Below are positions 18,260 to 27,176 of a stretch of DNA of 27,176 bases, piece by piece. The stretch is from Tubiluchus corallicola (Eukaryota > Animalia > Priapulida), in the NCBI GenBank assembly GCA_030141605.1, contig JAQGDQ010002466.1:1-27176 (forward strand), in the 5' to 3' direction. How positions within the stretch are numbered: the first letter of the stretch is position 1; the number at the start of each line of letters is the position of its first letter. The notes beneath the pieces were generated by a model. That model was not told the origin of the DNA and did not search any database. It saw only the letters and a program-made list of their open reading frames with translations. A program made the translations under genes and the position numbers.

Positions 18260-19132
18260 TTAAAATTTATCAAATATTTTTACAGAAGTCCAAATAAAAC
18301 ATTGTATATCAATCATATCTTTTGGCTTTAGCTCTGCAAGCTCTAGTTTCAGCTTAGACCCAAATGCTAAAAAGGCACTATAAGTTGTCCAATTAGGCTT
18401 ATTATTATAATACAGTTGAAAGTCATAAAGCTTTGCAGCTCTTCTTGTTACTTTTGGCTTTAAAAATAAGTGTCTGTTAGGATTCATCATATATAAAAAA
18501 TATGATATGATTGTCCACTTACAGCTATCAACACGTTCTAAAGTATTTGAAAATGTTATAAATCTATGTTCTAAGGGCGTTTCTCCATATAATAAGTTAT
18601 ATAAAGATTTAGCAAAAAACTCTTGGTTTTCTTTTTTAGATATTCCAGATCTTAAATTTGTTTTTTCAATGCTATGAATAAGTTTCACTTTAGAAATTGC
18701 AATTTTAAGATTATTACATATTTTGCCATATCGCTTCTTTTTCAATTCTTTTTCTAAAATATTTTTAGATAAATATTTATGAAAAATTTCTAAATATTTC
18801 TCTTTGTACTCTCTTTCATTTTTTATATAATTCTTATCTTGAAATCCTTCTGGGTATTCTTTTAAGAAAGCTCTCTTTAAGTCTCCCATAGGAGCATATT
18901 GAATACTTTTATTAGATGCTTTATTAGATTTGTTATTTTTTAAAGATGAAATAAGCTTATTTTCTAAATATAAATCTATTTCTTGCCTATTATCCACTAC
19001 TTCCAACTCAGCAATATCCTTTTTAAATAATTTTACTCCAACTTTTAAAAAATCTACTTTTATTTTTCCGTTAGATTCTTCTATTACCTCACCTATTCCC
19101 CATTCTTTTTTCTTAATATGTCTTACATACAT
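18260..19132 (-). CDS. Hypothetical protein with N-terminal DUF3553 (Tudor/SH3-like) domain
   Basis: N-terminus VRHIKKKEWGIGEVIEESNGKIKVDFLKVGVK resembles DUF3553 (VRH..WGIG.V..I.V.F..G); C-terminal domain with EREYK, KWTIISYF, FLKP, PNWTTY, DMIDIQCFIW; SD AAGGGG. Confidence 0.75.
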   Translation of the reverse strand: MYVRHIKKKEWGIGEVIEESNGKIKVDFLKVGVKLFKKDIAELEVVDNRQEIDLYLENKLISSLKNNKSNKASNKSIQYAPMGDLKRAFLKEYPEGFQDKNYIKNEREYKEKYLEIFHKYLSKNILEKELKKKRYGKICNNLKIAISKVKLIHSIEKTNLRSGISKKENQEFFAKSLYNLLYGETPLEHRFITFSNTLERVDSCKWTIISYFLYMMNPNRHLFLKPKVTRRAAKLYDFQLYYNNKPNWTTYSAFLAFGSKLKLELAELKPKDMIDIQCFIWTSVKIFDKF

Positions 19133-19317
19133 AAAGACCCCTTACTAAAAACAAACAATTATTAAGATCTGCTTACAACTTATTTTAAGTATAATGTTTT
19201 AATTATTTTTACCCCTACTTAGATTATTACTAAAATTTAATTAAAACTATAGTTATGCCATGTTATACTACTATAACCAACATCTATGATAACATGTTTT
19301 TAATAAAATATGAAGCT

Positions 19318-19350
19318 AAAAAATAAACCAGCTACTAGCTAACTGGTTTA
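19318..19350 (-). terminator. Intrinsic terminator after the LysM-M23 gene
   Basis: Minus strand TAAACCAGTTA-gctag-TAGCTGGTTTA followed by TTTTTT. Confidence 0.8.
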
Positions 19351-20382
19351 CTTGTACTTTAAAGGATCTAATGTTTTTCCTTTATATCGTATTTCATAAT
19401 GTAGATGTGGCCCTGTGCTATTTCCAGTATTTCCTGTTTTTGCAACTACAAACCCTTTTGATACTCTTTGCCCTTTACGGACTTTTATTGAATTTAAATG
19501 AGCATAGAGAGTTTCATAACCCCCTCCATGGTCTATTATAAGAGTCCTTCCATATCCATTTTTCCATCCTGTAAATTTAACTACACCTAAGTAAGGTGAA
19601 TAAACAGGTGTATTCATTGGGGTACCTATGTCCACTCCTGCATGAAATTTTCTTTTCTTTTTTATTGGGTGTGTCCTATATCCATATTTACTTGTTATCC
19701 TATTAATATTAACTGGCCATCTAAAATTGTGAGGAGATACACTTTTAGAAGAGCTTGGCTCCTTATATGCTACTTCCCTAGAAGATACAACTAAAGATCT
19801 TTGTGCTCTTTCAGAAGCTTCAGGAATTGGTTTTTTTACAATAGTTTTTTTATACTTTTCTTCTATTTCTTTATTAATGTATCCATATTCATTTAGTGGG
19901 CTATCAACATATAGTTCTTCTCCGAGACTAATTATATTATAACTTCCTATTTCATTCCATCTTTTCAAATCATATATTGTTATATCATATCTCTTAGCTA
20001 TATTATATACTGTGTCCCCGTTACCAACTATATGTACCCTTATATTATCTTTTTTTACAGTTTTAGGTTTATAGCCTTTATCTGTTAGATATATTACTTG
20101 CCCAACTCTTAAATCTTCGCTTTCTAAATTATTATATCTTATTATATTTTCAACAGACACACCATACATACTAGAAATTTTGTATAATGTATCTCCTGAT
20201 TTTACAACATACTTATCTGATGAATTAACCTTTTTATCTTTTTTAACGTTTTTATTTTTTTTAGCATTAGATCGATCTTCTTCAACTACAATTGTATCTT
20301 CTTTTACTGTGTCTACTCTTTCTGTTGCGCTACAGTTTACAAGAAACAGCAAAACACTTATCAGTATTAGTTTCACTAGCAT
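19348..20382 (-). CDS. LysM x2 + M23 peptidase lipoprotein (peptidoglycan endopeptidase family)
   Basis: Lipobox LVNC; LysM domains YVVKSGDTLYKIS and HIVGNGDTVYNIAKRY; M23 zinc motifs HAGVD, YAHL, GPHLHYE intact; SD AGGAG. Confidence 0.93.
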   Translation of the reverse strand: MLVKLILISVLLFLVNCSATERVDTVKEDTIVVEEDRSNAKKNKNVKKDKKVNSSDKYVVKSGDTLYKISSMYGVSVENIIRYNNLESEDLRVGQVIYLTDKGYKPKTVKKDNIRVHIVGNGDTVYNIAKRYDITIYDLKRWNEIGSYNIISLGEELYVDSPLNEYGYINKEIEEKYKKTIVKKPIPEASERAQRSLVVSSREVAYKEPSSSKSVSPHNFRWPVNINRITSKYGYRTHPIKKKRKFHAGVDIGTPMNTPVYSPYLGVVKFTGWKNGYGRTLIIDHGGGYETLYAHLNSIKVRKGQRVSKGFVVAKTGNTGNSTGPHLHYEIRYKGKTLDPLKYK

Positions 20383-20391
20383 ATAAGCTCC

Positions 20392-21285
20392 TTATCTATT
20401 ATATATATCATATTCACTTTTATATTTTGATTTTTCAACTATTTCTTGTGACATAACCTCAAGTCTCTTCATTCTTTCCTCTAAAGGAGGGTGAGTACTA
20501 AATAAATTTCCTAATTTTTTAGAATTAAAAGGATTTATTATAAAAAGATGTGAATACGAGGGGTTGCCTTGGATAGCCATTTTTTTGCTATAAAGCCCTA
20601 GCTTCCCTAAAGCATCTCTAAGGTATAATGGGTTACCACAAAATTTAGCCCCAAATTCATCAGCTTTATATTCTCTATTTCTTGATATTGTCATTTGGAC
20701 TACTGAAGCTGCTATTGGAGCTAGTAATGAAAGTATTATTCCAATTATAGCCATACTTCCACCTGAGTCGTTTGATGATCTTCCTCTTCTACTCATGCTC
20801 ATCCATCTTGATTGATAAGCTAAAAATGAAATTGCTCCAGCCATAGTTGCTGCAATAGTTCCAATAAGAGTATCTCTATTTTTTACATGTGCTAGTTCAT
20901 GAGCTATAACTCCAGATATTTCATTTTCATCCATTAGCTTTAGTAAGCCATGAGTTACTGCTATAGACGCATTTTGAGGGTTTCTTCCAGTTGCAAAAGC
21001 ATTTGGTTGATTTTGATTTATTATATACACTTTTGGCACAGGCATTTTTGCTTTTTCACACAATTTCTCAACTAAATTATATATTGGTGAATCTTTAGCT
21101 ATTTCTTTTGCTTTATATGCCTTTAAAACCATTTTATCACTAAACCAATAGCTAGTAAAGTTACCAATTCCAGCAAATAAAAGGCCCATAATAGCCCCTT
21201 GCCTTCCACCTATTATGTCTCCTAAAAGCATTAATAAAAAAGTTAAAATTCCCATTAACAAGAAAGTTTTTATATTATTTCTCAT
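20392..21285 (-). CDS. htpX: Membrane zinc metalloprotease HtpX (M48)
   Basis: SYWFSDKMVL, QPNAFATGRNP, GVIAHELAHVKNRD, SRNREYKAD, FSTHPPLEER. Confidence 0.96.
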   Translation of the reverse strand: MRNNIKTFLLMGILTFLLMLLGDIIGGRQGAIMGLLFAGIGNFTSYWFSDKMVLKAYKAKEIAKDSPIYNLVEKLCEKAKMPVPKVYIINQNQPNAFATGRNPQNASIAVTHGLLKLMDENEISGVIAHELAHVKNRDTLIGTIAATMAGAISFLAYQSRWMSMSRRGRSSNDSGGSMAIIGIILSLLAPIAASVVQMTISRNREYKADEFGAKFCGNPLYLRDALGKLGLYSKKMAIQGNPSYSHLFIINPFNSKKLGNLFSTHPPLEERMKRLEVMSQEIVEKSKYKSEYDIYNR

Positions 21286-21418
21286 TTTTCACCTCTAAAA
21301 CAAATTTCGTACATTCTATCACAACTACATATAAAAATTCAAGAAATAAAATAAATTAAAGAACTAATTACAACGGTTCTTTTACAAGTGTAAGTATAAA
21401 CATACATTATCTTAAGTA

Positions 21419-22459
21419 CTAACCAATATTATATTTTTTAATAAGCTCCTTTATTTTTTTTACAAACATATCTATGTCTTCTTTAGTTGTATCAAATGAA
21501 GTAATCCATCTTACTTCATTAGTTGTACTTTCCCAAATATAAAAAGGCATAAAATCTGACAATTCTTTAGTTATTTTTTTAGGAATTACTGCATACATAA
21601 TATTTACATTTGGTTCTTTAGTCACCTTTATTTGATGTATCTCATCTATTTTTTTATTAAGATACTTCATCATGTCATTTGCTGTTTTAGCATTAGTATA
21701 CCAAAGGTTATCTTCAAGTAGAGCAATGTATTGACATGAAATAAACCTCATTTTTGAGTTTAATTGTAAAAGCTGCTTTCTATTAAAGTTATAATCTTTT
21801 TTGAACTTGTCATTAAATATAACTACTGCTTCACCAAATACAAGTCCATTTTTCACTCCACCAAATGAAAGAATATCAATACCTGTATCCTTTGTCATTT
21901 CCTTTAATGTAACATTTAAAGCAACAGCTGCATTAGACAACCTAGCTCCATCTAAATGCACATAAAGATCATTTTCATGTGCAAAATTACAAATTTCTCT
22001 AAGCTCTTCTATTGTATACAAGGTTCCTAGCTCTGTTGGCTGAGTTATAGAAATAACTTGAGGTTGAGCTTGATGCCAGTCTCCTAGTTTTTCTAAATAT
22101 TTCTTCGCTTGATTTAGGTTTATTTTTCCACACTCTGAAGTTGTCGTTAATATTTGATTTCCTGTAATCCTTGATGGAGCTCCTGTTTCATGAACATTTA
22201 TATGAGAAGTTTCAGGGGTGATTATAGCACCATATTTACTAAGCATTAAATCTAATGACACAGTATTTGCTCCCGTGCCATTTAGTACAAAAAAAGTTTC
22301 ACTATTTAGTCCAAATTTTTCTTTAAATATTTTTTTGGCATTCATTGTATAAAAATCGTTTCCATATGCTGATTCGTGTCCTATATTTGACTTTATAATC
22401 GCTTCTAAAATTTTTTCATGTGCTCCGCTGTAATTATCACTAGCTAAAGATTTATTCAT
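21419..22459 (-). CDS. ltaE: Low-specificity L-threonine aldolase (PLP-dependent)
   Basis: ASDNYSG, AYGND, NGTGAN, SHINVHETGA, QPTELGTLY, HLDGARLSNA, SFGGVKNG (PLP lysine), SKMRF, VRWITSF; SD AGGAGG. Confidence 0.92.
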   Translation of the reverse strand: MNKSLASDNYSGAHEKILEAIIKSNIGHESAYGNDFYTMNAKKIFKEKFGLNSETFFVLNGTGANTVSLDLMLSKYGAIITPETSHINVHETGAPSRITGNQILTTTSECGKINLNQAKKYLEKLGDWHQAQPQVISITQPTELGTLYTIEELREICNFAHENDLYVHLDGARLSNAAVALNVTLKEMTKDTGIDILSFGGVKNGLVFGEAVVIFNDKFKKDYNFNRKQLLQLNSKMRFISCQYIALLEDNLWYTNAKTANDMMKYLNKKIDEIHQIKVTKEPNVNIMYAVIPKKITKELSDFMPFYIWESTTNEVRWITSFDTTKEDIDMFVKKIKELIKKYNIG

Positions 22460-22947
22460 AGCTTCCTCCTAAGATTTATTTTATCGCTCTATTAAATTAT
22501 ATCAATAAATCAAATTAGTTTTAGTATATTCTAAAACCATTAATAAATTATGACATATTTTACTTATATTCACTTGGAATTTCAATAACTTATTTAATTT
22601 AAAAAATACAATTATTAATATTTAGTAATACGCATAAATAATATTTAACTTTATTAGAATTTAAGTATATAAATTTTATAAAAAAATATGATTATTTTAA
22701 ATTTAGTAAATACTTCTTAAATTTGTTTTTTATTTTAAAAAAACTTTTTTAGATTTTAAATTAATATTTTAGAAACTTTCTATTTTCTAATTATTGTTTT
22801 TACTTAATATTTATGTTACAATTCTTTTGTTATATTAAAATTTATTTTTGATATTAAACAAGGTTAATATCTCTAAAGAAATATTTTCGCAAATATTATT
22901 TCAATACTATTTACTGCCTATTTATAGATTAAATCTATAAAATTATC

Positions 22948-22976
22948 TTGATTTTTTTATAATTTAGTTATATAAT
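22948..22976 (+). promoter_or_regulatory. Sigma70-type promoter of the exported FMN-bind-like gene
   Basis: TTGATT-17 bp-TATAAT; perfect palindrome at 22921-22941 just upstream. Confidence 0.65.
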
Positions 22977-22994
22977 AAATTAGAGGTGGTAGAA

Positions 22995-23393
22995 ATGAAA
23001 TTATACACAAGTGTATTTTTTATTGTTGTTTTACTTTTGTTTTCTTTATCTTCATTCTCAGCATCTTTTATTGACGGCACATATATTGCAGAAGCTGAAA
23101 GTACTAGTGATAATAATTATAAACCAAAAGGGATAGTTGTTATAGAAGACGGAGCTATTGTTAGTGTTGACTTTGCATATTACACACTAGATGGTGAAAA
23201 AGTCGCTAGTAAAGAAAGTGTAATCGAGCCCTTAGAGAGAGAACTAATAGAAAGTCAAAACATACGAAAAATAACAGAAATAGATAATGAAAGGATAAAC
23301 AGCGATTTTAATTCTATTATGAAGGTAATACTTTATAATGCAAAGGATGGTTTAGTAAAAAAGGAGATTATTCCTAATTCAAAAGTTTATTAA
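22995..23393 (+). CDS. Exported protein resembling an FMN-binding (FMN_bind) domain
   Basis: ATG 22995 after SD GAGGTGG; signal peptide ending near SFSA; DGTYIAEA, VVIEDGAIVSVDFAY, LIESQN, ILYNAKDG follow the FMN_bind pattern but the [S/T]GA[S/T] motif is absent. Confidence 0.65.
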   Translation: MKLYTSVFFIVVLLLFSLSSFSASFIDGTYIAEAESTSDNNYKPKGIVVIEDGAIVSVDFAYYTLDGEKVASKESVIEPLERELIESQNIRKITEIDNERINSDFNSIMKVILYNAKDGLVKKEIIPNSKVY

Positions 23394-23398
23394 AAAAC

Positions 23399-23434
23399 AA
23401 AAAGCCTTATGTTTTAATCAAAAGGCTTTTTTTT
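23399..23434 (+). terminator. Intrinsic terminator
   Basis: AAAAAGCCTT-loop-AAGGCTTTTTTTT. Confidence 0.8.
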
Positions 23435-23479
23435 ATTTCAGCACAAAATATAGTTTTATCTATTTATAAATCTTATTTA

Positions 23480-23508
23480 TTGAAAGAATTTTATAAATAT
23501 AGTATAAT
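23480..23508 (+). promoter_or_regulatory. Sigma70-type promoter of ktrB
   Basis: TTGAAA-17 bp-TATAAT. Confidence 0.7.
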
Positions 23509-23538
23509 TTAATAATATTATATATATAAGGTGATAGA

Positions 23539-24873
23539 ATGAAAAAATTTTCCTTTAGACGGATAGCACCAACTAGGTTACTTCTTGTGTCTTTTATGTT
23601 TATTATAGTTATAGGAACCCTTCTGCTTAGTTTGCCAATGGCAACAAGAGGTAATAAAATCAACCTACTTACAGCTCTATTTACAGCTACATCAGCTGTT
23701 TCTGTAACTGGATTATCTGTAGTAGACGTTAGTGAAGTATTTACTCCTTTTGGAAAATTAGTAATATTACTTTTACTCCAGTTAGGAGGATTAGGAATAA
23801 TGACTTTTTCTTCAATTATAATGATGCTTATTGGAAGAAAAATATCATTTCATGAAAAAAGAATATTAAAAGAAGATTTAAATAATGAAAAAATGGGTGA
23901 AATGGAAGGTTATATAAGAAAAATTGTAAGAATTGTACTGTTTATAGAATTTTTTGGTGCTCTTTTACTCGCTGTTAGCTTTAGCAGATATATGCCAATA
24001 GGAAAAGCTTTTATGTATGGTATTTTTCACTCAATATCTGCTTTTTGTAATGCAGGTTTTTCATTATTTTCAGATAGTTTGGAAAATTTTTCAGGAAGTA
24101 TTATGGTAAATGTTGTAATAACATCACTAATTATATTAGGTGGCCTAGGTTTTGCAGTTATAAACTCTGGTATTAATTATATAAAAACAGGTGTTAAAAA
24201 ATTTAGTTTAGGTTCTAACCTTGTTATTCAAATATCAATATTGTTAACAGCACTTGGAACAATACTTTTTATTTTTTTAGAATACAATAATCCAGACACT
24301 ATTGGAAATATGAATATTTTTGAAAAAATAGTATCCGCTTACTTTCAAAGTGTTACTACAAGAACAGCAGGTTTTAACACTGTATCAATAGGAGCATTAG
24401 AAAAATCAACAATTTTTTTATTTATAATTTTAATGTTTATTGGTGCATCTCCTGGATCTACAGGAGGAGGAGTTAAAACTTCAACAGTAGGAGTAATCCT
24501 TTTTTATGTTTTAGGAATTATTAGAGGTGAAAGCAACATAGTAGTTGGTAAACGAAGAATTTCTTGGGAAATATTAAATAGGGCTTTAGCAATATTAGTA
24601 ATTTCATTTTTATATATAAGCATAATTATATTACTAATACTAATAAGTGACAATATAGGTTTTGAACAAACTATTTTTGAGGTAGTATCAGCTTTTGGAA
24701 CAGTTGGTTTGTCAATGGGAATTACAGGAGACTTAAATACCTTTTCTAGAATATTGATAATAATGACGATGTTTATTGGTAGAGTTGGCCCATTGACCTT
24801 TGCTTTAGCTTTAGGTGAAAAGCCAAATAAAAAATCTTATTCTTACCCTGAAGAAAACATCCTTATAGGGTAG
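23539..24873 (+). CDS. ktrB: KtrB/TrkH-family potassium uptake membrane subunit
   Basis: Four pore loops SAVSVTGL, SAFCNAGF, TTRTAGF, SAFGTVGL; GASPGSTGGGVK; MFIGRVG; C-terminal YPEENILIG. Confidence 0.95.
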   Translation: MKKFSFRRIAPTRLLLVSFMFIIVIGTLLLSLPMATRGNKINLLTALFTATSAVSVTGLSVVDVSEVFTPFGKLVILLLLQLGGLGIMTFSSIIMMLIGRKISFHEKRILKEDLNNEKMGEMEGYIRKIVRIVLFIEFFGALLLAVSFSRYMPIGKAFMYGIFHSISAFCNAGFSLFSDSLENFSGSIMVNVVITSLIILGGLGFAVINSGINYIKTGVKKFSLGSNLVIQISILLTALGTILFIFLEYNNPDTIGNMNIFEKIVSAYFQSVTTRTAGFNTVSIGALEKSTIFLFIILMFIGASPGSTGGGVKTSTVGVILFYVLGIIRGESNIVVGKRRISWEILNRALAILVISFLYISIIILLILISDNIGFEQTIFEVVSAFGTVGLSMGITGDLNTFSRILIIMTMFIGRVGPLTFALALGEKPNKKSYSYPEENILIG

Positions 24874-24908
24874 ACGCTAACATAAGGTTAGCAGCTTTAA
24901 ACAATATA

Positions 24909-24937
24909 TTGAAAAATTACGACTAAGTAAGTATAGT
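24909..24937 (+). promoter_or_regulatory. Possible internal promoter for ktrA-mnmG
   Basis: TTGAAA-17 bp-TATAGT between ktrB and ktrA. Confidence 0.5.
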
Positions 24938-24957
24938 TAATTAGCCTAGGAGGTAAA

Positions 24958-25617
24958 ATGAAGCAATTTCTAGTTATTGGCTTGGGGAGATTTGGGTTAA
25001 GTGTTGGAAAGACTCTATATAAGGCAGATAAAGAAGTTTTGGCTCTAGAAATTAATGAAGATATCGTAAAGGAAGCTATAAATAATGATTTTATTGACAA
25101 TGCAATAATTATAGACGCAACAGATGAAAGAGCTTTAAAAGAAATTGGAGTAGAGAACTTTGATGTTGCATTTATCTGTATAGGAAATAATATCCAAGCA
25201 AGTATCATAATAACACTTCTTTTAAAGGAGATGGAACTTAAAAGAATTATTGCAAAAGCTGTTACTAAGGCTCAAGGTAAAGTATTAAAAAAAATAGGAG
25301 CAGATGAGGTTATCTACCCTGAAGAATATATGGGACAAAGAGTTGCTTTGTCTGCAATGGAGCCTAATGTTATAGAACACTTAAGATTTTCAAAAGATTT
25401 TTTACTAGTAGAAATAAAAGCCCCTAACTCTTTTATTGGGAAAAACTTAATTGAGTTAGATCTTAGGAATAAATTTAATGCTAATATAATAGGTATCAAA
25501 AAAGACGATGGTGAGCTATATCCAAACCCTGATGCAAAGCATACAATAAAAACAGGAGATATACTACTATTAATAACTGATGCAAAAACTGCAAACAAGT
25601 TACAAAACATAAGGTAA
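24958..25617 (+). CDS. ktrA: KtrA/TrkA-family potassium uptake regulatory subunit (RCK_N + RCK_C)
   Basis: VIGLGRFG Rossmann motif, IIAKA, KIGADEVIYPE, RCK_C region LDLRNKFNANIIGIK..GDILL; SD AGGAGG. Confidence 0.95.
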   Translation: MKQFLVIGLGRFGLSVGKTLYKADKEVLALEINEDIVKEAINNDFIDNAIIIDATDERALKEIGVENFDVAFICIGNNIQASIIITLLLKEMELKRIIAKAVTKAQGKVLKKIGADEVIYPEEYMGQRVALSAMEPNVIEHLRFSKDFLLVEIKAPNSFIGKNLIELDLRNKFNANIIGIKKDDGELYPNPDAKHTIKTGDILLLITDAKTANKLQNIR

Positions 25618-25634
25618 GTTAAGAGGTATTTTTT

Positions 25635-27176
25635 ATGAAAGAGTACGATATAATTGTAGTAGGGGCAGGACATGCAGGCTGTGAAGCAGCCTTAGCCAGC
25701 GCTAGATTAAAACAAAAAACTGCAATTTTTACAATTACACTTGATAATATAGGAGTAATGTCTTGTAATCCTTCTATAGGAGGACCTGCCAAAAGCCACC
25801 TTGTTAAAGAAATAGATGCTTTAGGTGGAGAAATGGCTAGAAATATAGACAAAGCTTTTATACAAATTAGAACTTTAAACACTAAAAAGGGACCTGCTGT
25901 AAGGTCTCTTAGAGCACAAGCAGACAAAAGCTTATACCACAATGAAATGAAAAAAACACTTGAAAACACACCAGACCTTAGTATAATACAAGGAATGGTT
26001 TCAAATATATTTGTCATAAATGGAAAGGTAACTGGTATACAAACAAAAGAAGGAAGGAAGTATAAATGCAAGAAACTAATAGTTGCAACAGGAACTTTTT
26101 TAAGAGGATTAATGCATATAGGCAATTATAAAATAAAGGGTGGAAGAATGGGAGAGCTTTCATCTGAGGATTTACCCCTATCTTTAGAAAAATTGGGATT
26201 TAAAATGGGAAGATTTAAAACAGGCACCCCTCCCAGAATTAATGGAAATACAATAGATTATACAAAATTAGAGGAACAAAAGGGTGAGTATAATAACCTA
26301 AAATTTTCATATAAAACAGATAGTGATAAAATTAAAAACAGAAAACAAATCTCATGTTATATCGCATTTACAAATGAAAATGTACATAAGACAATCAAAA
26401 GCAATTATAAAAATTCTCCGTTGTTTAATGGAGAAATTAAAAGTACTGGACCAAGGTATTGTCCATCAATAGAGGACAAGGTATACAGGTACCCTGAAAA
26501 AACAAGACATCATCTTTTTTTAGAACAAGAAGGCTATAATACTAACGAGGTATATATAAGTGGATTTTCAAGTTCAATGCCTGCAAACATACAGCATAAA
26601 ATGTTAAATAATATTAGTGGATTAGAAAATTCAAAAATAATGCGCTATGCCTATGCAGTTGAATATGACTACATAGATCCTAAAGAACTCAAATATAGCC
26701 TTGAAACTAAAAAGATAAGCGGACTCTATTTAGCAGGCCAAATAAATGGTACATCTGGGTATGAGGAGGCAGCAGCTCAAGGTTTAGTTGCAGGAATAAA
26801 TGCATCTCTTAACCTACAAGGAAAAAAACCTCTTATTCTAAGTAGATCTAATTCGTACATAGGTACATTAATAGATGATTTGGTTAACAAAGGAACAGAT
26901 GAACCATATAGGATGTTCACAGCAAGATCTGAGTACAGACTAATACTTAGAGAAGATAATGCAGATTTAAGGTTATCTGAAATAGCTTATAAAATAGGAT
27001 TATTAAATGAAAATGATTACTATAAAGTATTAAATAAAAAAAATAAAGTTGAAAAAATAATTAACATACTGAAACATGTTAATGTTGGAAACTCAAATAG
27101 TAGAGTAATTGAAGTTTTGAAAAAATATAAAGAGCCTACTTTAAAATCAGGAATAACATTGCTAGAACTTTTAAAA
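25635..27176 (+). CDS. mnmG: tRNA uridine-5-carboxymethylaminomethyl(34) synthesis enzyme MnmG (GidA), 5' part (runs off window end)
   Basis: Not in ORF track because no stop falls in the window. SD GAGG, ATG 25635; [96 protein letters not shown]. Confidence 0.97.
   Translation, partial: MKEYDIIVVGAGHAGCEAALASARLKQKTAIFTITLDNIGVMSCNPSIGGPAKSHLVKEIDALGGEMARNIDKAFIQIRTLNTKKGPAVRSLRAQADKSLYHNEMKKTLENTPDLSIIQGMVSNIFVINGKVTGIQTKEGRKYKCKKLIVATGTFLRGLMHIGNYKIKGGRMGELSSEDLPLSLEKLGFKMGRFKTGTPPRINGNTIDYTKLEEQKGEYNNLKFSYKTDSDKIKNRKQISCYIAFTNENVHKTIKSNYKNSPLFNGEIKSTGPRYCPSIEDKVYRYPEKTRHHLFLEQEGYNTNEVYISGFSSSMPANIQHKMLNNISGLENSKIMRYAYAVEYDYIDPKELKYSLETKKISGLYLAGQINGTSGYEEAAAQGLVAGINASLNLQGKKPLILSRSNSYIGTLIDDLVNKGTDEPYRMFTARSEYRLILREDNADLRLSEIAYKIGLLNENDYYKVLNKKNKVEKIINILKHVNVGNSNSRVIEVLKKYKEPTLKSGITLLELLK

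Noticed and set aside
17973-18263. 96-aa plus-strand ORF
   Set aside because: No SD, F/L/I/K low-complexity composition, antisense to the minus-strand relic.
19259-19296. Inverted repeat CATGTTAT-N22-ATAACATG upstream of the DUF3553 gene
   Set aside because: Short AT-rich arms with a long spacer; cannot be distinguished from chance.
23434-23538. c-di-AMP (ydaO) riboswitch upstream of ktrB
   Set aside because: The predicted promoter leaves only about 25 nt of leader and no aptamer consensus is visible.
1003-26125. Antisense shadow ORFs (1003..1293, 3914..4207, 5423..5827, 9616..9837, 15399..15635, 17263..17538, 18930..19148, 20180..20386, 23460..23663, 24897..25208, 25314..25673, 25619..26125)
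   Set aside because: Each lies opposite a well-supported gene and shows no recognisable motif.

Overview
Very AT-rich bacterial chromosomal segment. Gene order (MORN2 protein, mltG, tilS, ftsH with acidic N-terminal extension, ktrB-ktrA-mnmG) suggests a Fusobacteriota-type diderm anaerobe, which is an inference only. Left end: housekeeping run of a MORN2 protein (partial), mltG, a B12-binding radical SAM enzyme, tilS and ftsH. Centre: accessory-looking block with a decayed IS6-family element, an OpuC/OsmU-type osmoprotectant ABC operon with a long structured leader, a GlsB/YeaQ membrane protein, Kbp (BON-LysM), a ~1,200-aa outer-membrane beta-barrel gene broken by four clustered micro-deletions, a TlpA-like lipoprotein with a 7x24-bp acidic tandem repeat, a decayed HAMP (sensor-like) remnant and a DUF3553-type protein. 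Right end: LysM-M23 lipoprotein, htpX, threonine aldolase, an FMN-bind-like exported protein lacking its flavinylation motif, ktrB, ktrA and mnmG (partial). No rRNA, tRNA, CRISPR array or recognised riboswitch was seen. I cannot demonstrate a complete novel system. The best leads are the large beta-barrel, the osmoprotectant-operon leader, the DUF3553 protein and the degenerate FMN-bind protein. All family assignments come from recalled motifs, not database searches.
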